DNA of 64,000 nucleotides, from NCBI GenBank assembly GCA_963664225.1, contig OY760937.1, forward strand, positions 4,768,001-4,832,000, read 5' to 3'. Within the stretch, counting starts at the first letter, position 1. The number at the start of each line of letters is the position of its first letter. The position numbers and the translations under genes are program-made. Source of the stretch: Verrucomicrobiia bacterium (lineage in GTDB: Bacteria; Verrucomicrobiota; Verrucomicrobiia; Limisphaerales; UBA1319). This document shows, one piece after another, positions 29,683 through 37,759 of this stretch. The notes below the pieces were generated by a model. It ran no database searches and was not told the DNA's origin. It saw only the letters and a list, made by a program, of their open reading frames with translations.

Positions 29683-30414
29683 TCATTTCCCCCGAACCCC
29701 CTCGGGCATCGGGTTGGATGCGTGAATAGTTCCCTCCGTCAGCATGTAAGAAGGCGCTGAAGCGCGGACAAAACGGCTCAACTCCGCAAACAACGCCTCC
29801 TCTTCTCCGGGCAAACAGGTGGCGAAACAGCTCACGTAAGCCCAGCGTTGCAACACTCCGGTGGTCATCAGGTCTTTGGCCATCCACCACATGCGTTGCC
29901 AATGGTTGGCTGTAAGCGCATGATCCGCCACGAACCAATAGGCATAGATGCCGCCGCGTTTAATCACCCGCCCGCCATCTCCTGTAAAGTTTTTGCCTGT
30001 GACCAGTTTCATTACCGGCAGTTTATACGGATGCGGCTGTTCTACTTCGACAGTGCTTTCGACGGAGTGTTCAATGTCCCATCCTTGAGCCCGCAGGCAA
30101 AGCTGCGGCTTGTGAATGCTGGTGCGGTCGCTGCCCATGAGCACGATCGAGACTTGAATCATGGAATTCGTGCGCCCATCGACCACTTTGTAATACATCC
30201 TTCGGGCAAAGCTGGTGTCCGCAGGCAAAGCCTTCCTCTCGATATCGGTTATTTCAGACAGTGTCGAATCGTAATCCAGCACCCGGGTCGGCAATTCCAG
30301 GCGCACCCCTGGCTGACCGAGTTGCTGGTGGGCTCTCATCCACGTTAGGAAGAGGCCGGTTCCCGCTATGAGAAGGGTCACCCCCAGAAAACAAAGGATT
30401 TTCAATCGATTCAA
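29683..30414 (-). CDS. epsI: Exosortase-associated EpsI family protein
   Basis: TTG start overlapping the exosortase stop; N-terminal TM; DRTSIHKPQLCLRAQGW and YAYWFV motifs. Confidence 0.8.
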   Translation of the reverse strand: MNRLKILCFLGVTLLIAGTGLFLTWMRAHQQLGQPGVRLELPTRVLDYDSTLSEITDIERKALPADTSFARRMYYKVVDGRTNSMIQVSIVLMGSDRTSIHKPQLCLRAQGWDIEHSVESTVEVEQPHPYKLPVMKLVTGKNFTGDGGRVIKRGGIYAYWFVADHALTANHWQRMWWMAKDLMTTGVLQRWAYVSCFATCLPGEEEALFAELSRFVRASAPSYMLTEGTIHASNPMPEGVRGK

Positions 30415-31370
30415 GAGTGTTCCTTTTCGATCAGGGGCTGTTTTTCTTCGCGTAAATAGTATCCCAAGAGCATGATGCATCCAATGGCTATGCCAAAGGT
30501 GATAAAGCCTGCGCCATCATGCACACGCATACCCGCCTTCGATCCAAAGGCTTCAGCGGCGAGGATTACAGCCACAATCCGGACCGTGTTGCCGATCAGG
30601 GCTAGTGGCAAAGCCGCCAGAACCGTGATACCGCGTTTCCAACCGGTTTTGAAGGTTACAAAACCGTAGATGGTCGTTAACGCCAAAAGCGAGATCAGAC
30701 TGCGTATTCCGCTGCAGGCCGGAGCCACGTCGTATTCGTAAGCCCCGCGTGGATCGAATATCCTCGTGCCATCCCGAACCACATCCACACCGAGCACAAT
30801 ATGACTGAAACCGACAGAGAGGATGGTGACCAGTTGGCGCATGGGAAATGTGATGACTTCCGCCAGCGATCCCAATGGGACGGCGAAGACGAACAAGACA
30901 TAGGGAAAGAAACAGGCTTTCAACCAGGCCCGGCCCCAGACGAGTCCCATGAGAAAATACAGACCCACGAAAAACCCAACCGTGCTGATCCGGGTTTGCT
31001 GGCCGACATAGCCAATCAAATGCAGAAACAGCGCCGCAGCCACCCCGATCAGGGCGGGCGGCCATAACTGCTTTGAGACAGCGGCCAATTCGGCGCGTTT
31101 CCACCAAAACAATCCCAGAACGACCCAGGGGATCAAATTTCCGTGCCCGTCATCGGTCAGGACGCCATTATAATTGCTATAAAGCCAGCGAAACAAGGAA
31201 GGCGTGTCCACGTAACCGAAGGTGGAATTCCCATAAAAATGGAATAATGCCACCCACATCGCCGCCGACCCAAAAAATAAAGGCTTTTCAGGCAGTGTAT
31301 TCCAATATGCAACAAGATCCTGCAGAAAACCGCGTGATGCTGTTGGCGTTGTGTTTAGTTCTTCCGTCAT
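30411..31370 (-). CDS. Exosortase (EpsH family)
   Basis: Multi-TM protein; HGNLIP; putative catalytic Cys (VAPACSGIRSL), Arg (GNTVR) and His (VHD). Confidence 0.92.
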   Translation of the reverse strand: MTEELNTTPTASRGFLQDLVAYWNTLPEKPLFFGSAAMWVALFHFYGNSTFGYVDTPSLFRWLYSNYNGVLTDDGHGNLIPWVVLGLFWWKRAELAAVSKQLWPPALIGVAAALFLHLIGYVGQQTRISTVGFFVGLYFLMGLVWGRAWLKACFFPYVLFVFAVPLGSLAEVITFPMRQLVTILSVGFSHIVLGVDVVRDGTRIFDPRGAYEYDVAPACSGIRSLISLLALTTIYGFVTFKTGWKRGITVLAALPLALIGNTVRIVAVILAAEAFGSKAGMRVHDGAGFITFGIAIGCIMLLGYYLREEKQPLIEKEHS

Positions 31371-31785
31371 ATAAAACGACCAAACCATTAAGACAGCATA
31401 AAGGCCGCCATGCTCAATAAAAAAATAATGGAATCTTCGGAAAAACCTCATTTCTGAAGGAAGAGAGCCGGACTGCTCGAATGTTTGTATAAAGAAAAAT
31501 CATTACACAATGAAGAATAAAAAATAATTTCAGCCGATGATGTTATTCTTTTGACACTGTTTCAGAAACTATGATAACCTTGGCGGTGTGAACACCTCTC
31601 GGTCAAAATGCAGCCGAAGTGCCATAGGCTGGGGAGTGTTCTGTACTGCCAATCCTTGCAGACGCGTCCCTTTCACCAAGGGTTGTGTTTGTGAAATTCC
31701 AGGGGGTTGGCAGCTTTCCGCGCATTGGACGTCTCGCGCGGGGATTTCACACTTATCAAATTCAACCTTAACCTCAAAACATCGC

Positions 31786-32238
31786 ATGGCCGCCGAAACA
31801 ATATGCCTTACTGAGAACCTCCCCAGTCTGGAGGTGTTTCACGAAACACCGGCTTTCGCCTGGACCGAGACCGGAGAGATTCATCTGCACAACAAGGCGT
31901 GGCCTCCAGCCATCGCTCCTGTCACACGCCCCGTGGCCCTGATCGATAGCAGTCGGTCGCTATGCCATATGATCCATCTTGTCGATGAGGAAACTCCGAA
32001 GCACACGGGCAAACCAGCCGGTGTCAAAGGGGTGGAGATATGGGCCAAGACCGGGAGCGAACCGCCGAAGCGCATTGACGAAATGACGATTCTGGCCTTG
32101 GACAGCGGTTCTCCGCACGAGGTGCGTTACCCCGCGTCAGAAGCCGGGCAGACCGCTTATTACCTGGTGCGGTGGATTGGCGAAGATGAGACCAAGGGAC
32201 CCTGGAGCAGTTTGTATAGCGCCAATATCCGTTTTTAA
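31786..32238 (+). CDS. Hypothetical protein with fibronectin-III-like C-terminal domain
   Basis: KPAGVKGVEIW...GQTAYYLVRWIGEDETKGPWS beta-sandwich pattern; ATG at 31786 preferred over 31588. Confidence 0.6.
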   Translation: MAAETICLTENLPSLEVFHETPAFAWTETGEIHLHNKAWPPAIAPVTRPVALIDSSRSLCHMIHLVDEETPKHTGKPAGVKGVEIWAKTGSEPPKRIDEMTILALDSGSPHEVRYPASEAGQTAYYLVRWIGEDETKGPWSSLYSANIRF

Positions 32239-32684
32239 CCACCTGGCAGATTTCAGCAGGCGAGTCGTTTGCGCGCTTCCTGCAAAGCGGGATCGACGCA
32301 TGCGGCGCGGTCGGCGCTCCCATCGAGTGTGTTCGGAGGCGCAACGGGGAACCTGACGCGTTTGTCCTTGCGCACCGGGGCGATGGCCCGAACGATTCTC
32401 TTTCCCTCTCGTTGTGGGCTTGTGAACCTCACACGAAGTTAAGCCAGACTTTGTGGTTCATGCCCTTACATTCCTCCATTTTCTTCGGCGTTTTTAGAAT
32501 GCTTCCAATGGCTCAGACTGCGTTGTTTCGTCCGTCGCATAACGGGGAGTTTCCCTGGTATCACTCTAATTAATGACTTGCGAATCACGACGTCGCAGCC
32601 GCTTGCCGGGTTTGGGCTTCGACGCGTCCTAAAAAACCGGGATTGATATGGAGGCGCGGTTTTGGCATTTAGTGGCGGGTCATT

Positions 32685-34313
32685 ATGAAATTCAGGAAAG
32701 TTGTTTTGCTGGCGGTCGGGATGGGGATGGGGATTATTTCTTCAGTCGGCGCGGCGGCACCAGGAGCGCGGGTGGGGAATTCATTGGTTCAATACCATTT
32801 TTTGGGATTAGACCAGGTTGCCTCAGACACAAACGCCCAGTCGATCCATGCCTTGTCTGGGTCGCCATCCACGCGGCAATTGCGCGAGCAGGTCTTGGAA
32901 AAACTTTCTGCGGCGCCGCAACAACTTTTTGCCGGGCGCATTTCCTCCCAGTCCGCACCAACTGCGCCGTTATTTAGTCCATTATGGGAGGATCTGTTGC
33001 GCAACGAATCTTTTGGAGAATTGCATGGGAGCGCCAAAGAGCCGCTGGAATGGGTGCTGGCCGTGCGTTTGAATGATGATCGGGCCGGCCTGTGGAGTTC
33101 GAATTTGAGCAAGGTGGCGATGCAATGGGGTTTGGGAACGCCTGCTGCAGTAAAAATTGCCGACGCCTCGGGCTGGGTGGCAGGCGGAGCTGGGAAGGGG
33201 AATGAGCGTGCGGCCCAGTTCCTATGTGTGCGCGCCCATTCATGGGTAGTTATAGGCGTGGGAACCCATGAATTGCGGGCGACGAAGGCGTTGTTGGAAC
33301 GATTGGATAAACAGGACAAGATGGCTTTTTCCGAAGAAGGAGCCTGTTTGACGATAAAAAGTGATCTGGCAGGGTTGAGTCATTGGTGGACAGTACCCAT
33401 GCTTCGCCAATTCAATTGCGCGGATCTGCCGTTTCTGGATCTTTCCAGCTCGTTTAAAGCGGGCAATTTATATTCCAGCGGCACGCTGACATTCGCCCAT
33501 GCCCGAAAGGTGGACTTGCAGCCCTGGCAAATCCCGATCGACCTGCTGCGCGATCCGCTGATCAGTTTCACCGCCGTTCAAGGGGTGCATTCCTGGCTTA
33601 AGGATTTGGACTGGATCAAGACGCTGCACATCGATAACCCGCCCAACCAGGCTTTTTCATGGGCGCAAGAGTTCATGCCGTTCATGACCTTTGTTGCAGC
33701 GCCAATGAACAACGCCTCGAACGCCATTCCTGCCATCTCGCGGAACCTGCCGACGCTCATCGATCAATATGCGGGAACCAACCGTTCCGGGACGCTGCGT
33801 TATTTTACCAATCAAAACCAGGTTGTCTGGACCGGGCTTCCTGCGGTTGTCCCATTCGTCACTACGGTCAACGTTTCCGGACAGGATTATTTATTTGGTG
33901 GCTGTGTTCTGCCTTGGGTGACGACGAATCTTCCTCCCACCGAGTTGCTGACACAAGTCACCGGGCGCACGAATCTGGTCTATTATGATTGGGAGGTGAC
34001 GGGGGCGCGACTAAGCCAGGTGCGGGTTTTGGAGCAAATCAGGGACATGGTGTTCAGCACATCGACAACGTTTGACGACGTGCAGCGCACAAACTCCTTT
34101 GGCAATGCCTGGCTGACATCCGCCGCGCCAATATTGGGGAATGTGGTGACTGAGATTTCCATGCAATCAAACAACCAATGGACGTTGAAACGAAAATCCA
34201 GCGCCGGATTCACGGCGTATGAGTTGATCCAGGTCATCAAATGGCTGGACGATCCTCAATTCCCGTTGTTTGGCCATACGCTCGCCGCTCCTGAACGCCG
34301 GGGCGCAAAGTAA
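32685..34313 (+). CDS. Exported hypothetical protein upstream of pdxJ
   Basis: 542 aa ORF with a signal peptide; no recognised family. Confidence 0.75.
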   Translation: MKFRKVVLLAVGMGMGIISSVGAAAPGARVGNSLVQYHFLGLDQVASDTNAQSIHALSGSPSTRQLREQVLEKLSAAPQQLFAGRISSQSAPTAPLFSPLWEDLLRNESFGELHGSAKEPLEWVLAVRLNDDRAGLWSSNLSKVAMQWGLGTPAAVKIADASGWVAGGAGKGNERAAQFLCVRAHSWVVIGVGTHELRATKALLERLDKQDKMAFSEEGACLTIKSDLAGLSHWWTVPMLRQFNCADLPFLDLSSSFKAGNLYSSGTLTFAHARKVDLQPWQIPIDLLRDPLISFTAVQGVHSWLKDLDWIKTLHIDNPPNQAFSWAQEFMPFMTFVAAPMNNASNAIPAISRNLPTLIDQYAGTNRSGTLRYFTNQNQVVWTGLPAVVPFVTTVNVSGQDYLFGGCVLPWVTTNLPPTELLTQVTGRTNLVYYDWEVTGARLSQVRVLEQIRDMVFSTSTTFDDVQRTNSFGNAWLTSAAPILGNVVTEISMQSNNQWTLKRKSSAGFTAYELIQVIKWLDDPQFPLFGHTLAAPERRGAK

Positions 34314-34329
34314 ATTCACCATTTTTACC

Positions 34330-35070
34330 ATGCTCAAACTGGGTGTTAATATCGATCATGTGGCCACCATTCGGCAGGCCCGCTATCATGGACGCGACAC
34401 GGGTGAGCCCAGTCCTCTGGAGGCGGCGCTCCTCTGCGAAGCGGCGGGCGCACACGGGATTACGGCACATCTGCGGGAGGACCGCCGTCATATCCAGGAT
34501 CGTGATATCTGGGAATTGAGAAAAGAGATCAAGACCCGGTTGAACATGGAAATGGCCAATACACCGGGTATTCTCGAAATCGCCCTGCGCCTTAAACCGG
34601 AAATCGTTTGCCTGGTGCCGGAACGCCGCCAGGAGGTGACGACCGAAGGCGGTTTGGATGCCGCCGGTCAATGCACGTCCCTGACGGAAACGAGAAAACG
34701 GCTCAATGACAAAGGGATCGATGTGAGCCTGTTCATCGGGCCGGATGCCCATCAAGTGGAAGCCGCCGCCAGGATTGGGAGCCAATTCATCGAATTGCAC
34801 ACCGGGGCTTTTGCGGAGAGTGCCCATTCGCCGGAATTGTTTCAGAAGGAAATCAAGCGGTTGGTGGATGCCGCACGCCAGGCGCATGGACTGGGGCTTA
34901 AAGTCAACGCGGGACATGGTTTGAATTATCAGAATATGACCGCTTTGTGGGCCGTTCCACACATGGTCGAGTTGAACATCGGCCACAGCATCATCAGTCG
35001 CGCGGTGATGGTTGGTTTGCCCGTCGCCGTGAAGGAAATGCTCGCGCTGATGAGCCAGTATCGCGGCTAA
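34330..35070 (+). CDS. pdxJ: Pyridoxine 5'-phosphate synthase
   Basis: LGVNIDHVATIRQAR, HLREDRRHIQD, TTEGGLD, IELHTG, NAGHGL and ELNIGHSII. Confidence 0.97.
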   Translation: MLKLGVNIDHVATIRQARYHGRDTGEPSPLEAALLCEAAGAHGITAHLREDRRHIQDRDIWELRKEIKTRLNMEMANTPGILEIALRLKPEIVCLVPERRQEVTTEGGLDAAGQCTSLTETRKRLNDKGIDVSLFIGPDAHQVEAAARIGSQFIELHTGAFAESAHSPELFQKEIKRLVDAARQAHGLGLKVNAGHGLNYQNMTALWAVPHMVELNIGHSIISRAVMVGLPVAVKEMLALMSQYRG

Positions 35071-35091
35071 AACTCTCTATCGAATCCGATC

Positions 35092-35490
35092 ATGATACTT
35101 GGAGTTGGCATCGATTTAGTCGAAACCGCACGCATCAAAGCGTCGATGGACAAATTTGGCGATCGCTTTCTTGCCCGCATTTTGCGGCCGGGCGAGCAGG
35201 AATATTGCCGCAAGTTCCGGGATCCTGAAACGCATGTGGCCGCGCGATTTTCGGCCAAGGAGGCCATCTCAAAGGCCTTTGGAACCGGTATTGGCAAGGA
35301 GTTGGGCTGGTTGGATATGGAGATCGTAAACCAGCCGGGAGGCCGTCCGGTGGCCATTCTTCATGATCGTGGGTTGGAACTGCTGGCGGCACGCGGCGGG
35401 CATGCATTGCATGTGAGCTTGAGCCACACCCGCAGTCATGCCACCGCCATCGCCATCCTGACCGACGAACACCCACCAGGCCAGGTCTGA
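35092..35490 (+). CDS. acpS: Holo-[acyl-carrier-protein] synthase
   Basis: GVGIDLVE, ARFSAKEAISKAFGTG and VSLSH; pdxJ-acpS synteny. Confidence 0.96.
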   Translation: MILGVGIDLVETARIKASMDKFGDRFLARILRPGEQEYCRKFRDPETHVAARFSAKEAISKAFGTGIGKELGWLDMEIVNQPGGRPVAILHDRGLELLAARGGHALHVSLSHTRSHATAIAILTDEHPPGQV

Positions 35491-35586
35491 AGCGCGCGGG
35501 AAAGTCTTTAATTCATAGTTGTCGGGGTGCGCTACTTTCTATGGATTAAGCTTGCCAGTTTCCTTGTGAACACTTAAAGTCGAAGC

Positions 35587-36384
35587 GTGGCTGGCAACCG
35601 ATCCCGAACGAACAGCGATTTTTTAAGCCGTGTGGATGAATATCTTCCCACCGACGCGGCCGTGATCGCCGTTGACGCCTCCGAACAGTCCGAACCGGTG
35701 GCCAGCGTGGATCTTCTAAATGGGAATACTTTCTACCTCTTCAGCTCCGACGCACTACTGGCTGCGAGCCACGCCATAGAGGATTTGGCCCTGGACGAGG
35801 CCAACGGAACCTTGCTAGTCGTGTTGCAGGATTTCGACAATTTCGACACCGATCGGGAACGCTACGCCCTGCTGGCGGCGACCATAGACGGTGTTGCGGT
35901 GGTGGGCTGCGGACGCAAGCCCCGGCATTGTGGACGTGTGCAATTCATAACAGCGGGTCAGAGCGCACTGAAGGATTTTTGGGTCGTGCTTTATCAAGGA
36001 CGCCAGACTCAGGCGCTGGTCATGAGTCGGCAGACGCACCGCACAAACGCTTTTGAAGATCGCACTTTTGTCGGGTTTTATACCTTTGACGCCCGGTTGA
36101 TTGCCAGAGTGCGACAGGACATCGAGGGCTTGTTGCATGGGGAATCGCCGGCTTTGCGCGAGTATGACCGGCTGCGGCAGATCGATCGCACGGTTAAGGA
36201 GGTTCGCGCGGTCTTGCGCCGGGAGCAACTGGCTTTGGATTCGACTCACAACAAAATCCAATTTGGCCGCGTTCAACCCAGGACACTGGCTTCGCGCATC
36301 GACTCCATAGTCAACCAATTGCAAACCATCAAAACCATGCTGCCAGAAGATCCAACTCGCGCGGCATCTCCCAACAAATCATGA
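35587..36384 (+). CDS. DICT sensory-domain-like protein with C-terminal coiled coil
   Basis: LLAASHAIED, VVLQDF...RERYALLA, FWVV and FVGFYTFD resemble the DICT consensus. Confidence 0.6.
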   Translation: MAGNRSRTNSDFLSRVDEYLPTDAAVIAVDASEQSEPVASVDLLNGNTFYLFSSDALLAASHAIEDLALDEANGTLLVVLQDFDNFDTDRERYALLAATIDGVAVVGCGRKPRHCGRVQFITAGQSALKDFWVVLYQGRQTQALVMSRQTHRTNAFEDRTFVGFYTFDARLIARVRQDIEGLLHGESPALREYDRLRQIDRTVKEVRAVLRREQLALDSTHNKIQFGRVQPRTLASRIDSIVNQLQTIKTMLPEDPTRAASPNKS

Positions 36385-37043
36385 TCGAACTTTTCCAATT
36401 CCCATGGAGTCCATACTGCATTGTTCAACGGCGCCTGCTTGAATATTCGGGCGCCCGCTTCAAGATCGTCAACATTCCCCAGGGGGATCGATCAATCATC
36501 TGGAAGCTGACGCGCCAAAGGTATTATGCCGTGCCCATCATTCGCGATGGGCGAACCGTGGTGTTTGAGACAGATGAGGATTCGCAGGTGATCGCCAAAT
36601 ACATCGATGGAAAGTATGAATTGGGGCTTTTTCCCTCCACGCTGGCCGGCGTTCAAAAAATTCTCTGGAGATATTTTGAATCGGAGATCGAATCCGTTGG
36701 CTTCAAGCTCAACGACATTTACTACAGGGAATTTGTGCCGCAAAACGAGCGGCTCTCCTTCATCCGGCACAAGGACCGCAAGTTCGGCCACGGTTGCCTC
36801 GAACTTTGGACCAAGGAACAAGCGGCGTTGCTGCAGGACTTGGAGCAAAGGCTCCAACCCTGTGACCAAATGCTCATCGGCAAGCCATTCCTGCTCGGGG
36901 ATAAGCCGCTATTTGTGGACTTCGACCTCTACGGCATGCTCGGCAATTATTTGCATTCCGGCCATTACGATATGCCTGCGTCGCATACCCGGCTGGCGGA
37001 GTGGCGCCAACGCATGGACAAGCTTGTAAAGGCGAAGGTTTGA
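36381..37043 (+). CDS. Glutathione S-transferase family protein
   Basis: SPYC, cis-Pro VP, DSQVIAKYID and C-terminal FLLGDKP..VDF. Confidence 0.85.
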   Translation: MIELFQFPWSPYCIVQRRLLEYSGARFKIVNIPQGDRSIIWKLTRQRYYAVPIIRDGRTVVFETDEDSQVIAKYIDGKYELGLFPSTLAGVQKILWRYFESEIESVGFKLNDIYYREFVPQNERLSFIRHKDRKFGHGCLELWTKEQAALLQDLEQRLQPCDQMLIGKPFLLGDKPLFVDFDLYGMLGNYLHSGHYDMPASHTRLAEWRQRMDKLVKAKV

Positions 37044-37092
37044 CCGGGCTTTGCATGACCGTTCTTCGTTTTGGAATTGAAAATCGTGGGGT

Positions 37093-37737
37093 GTGAGGTT
37101 TACTCGCGCCGACATGGTTCAATTTTCTGTCATATCGTTTCACGCCTCATCCATCCTTTGGGCCATGGCGGCTGTCCTTGCAGCCTATGCGCTGGGATGC
37201 TTCTCCACGGGTTTTTTCTATTACAAATGGCGGACCGGCAGGGACATTCGGGACTTTGGCAGCGGAAATGCGGGAGCGCGGAATGTGGGGCGCGCCTTGG
37301 GCAAGGCCGGATTCTTTGTCACCTTTCTCGGTGACTTTGGCAAAGGCATGATGGCGACAGGACTGGTGCGAGTGTTTCATCTGGACCCATGGGTTGCGGC
37401 AGGGGTTTTGGTGGCGGTGGTGGCGGGGCATAACTGGCCGGCGCCATTGCAGTTCCGGGGCGGCAAAGGGATGGCGACCGCGGGAGGGGCCATATTGTTA
37501 TTTGATTGGACGCTCACGGCTTGCTCAGCGGCGGCATTTATCGTGATCTGGATAATTTTGCGAAGGACAACGCTCAGCGGTCTGCTGGCTTGCGCCGCGG
37601 CCCCGGTGTTGCTCTGGATATTCAAGCCCGAATTGCCACTGGTCATGGGCGCTTCGATTCTTGCCTTGGAGGTCCTGATCGCGCATCATGCCAATGTGCG
37701 CGAGGAAATTTTGCGGCTGGGTTTGCGCCGCAGCTGA
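37093..37737 (+). CDS. plsY: Glycerol-3-phosphate acyltransferase PlsY family, divergent (start uncertain)
   Basis: DIRDFGSGNAGARNVGR, DFGKG, GHNWP...FRGGKGMAT and degenerate motif 3 AHHANV. Confidence 0.85.
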   Translation: MRFTRADMVQFSVISFHASSILWAMAAVLAAYALGCFSTGFFYYKWRTGRDIRDFGSGNAGARNVGRALGKAGFFVTFLGDFGKGMMATGLVRVFHLDPWVAAGVLVAVVAGHNWPAPLQFRGGKGMATAGGAILLFDWTLTACSAAAFIVIWIILRRTTLSGLLACAAAPVLLWIFKPELPLVMGASILALEVLIAHHANVREEILRLGLRRS

Positions 37738-37759
37738 AGAAAGCGCACTGCATAGGGTT

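Noticed and set aside
32239..32684. Small ORFs or an ncRNA in the 450-bp intergenic gap (e.g. 37-aa MPLHSS... from 32460)
   Set aside because: No RBS, motif or recognisable RNA family; cannot be supported.
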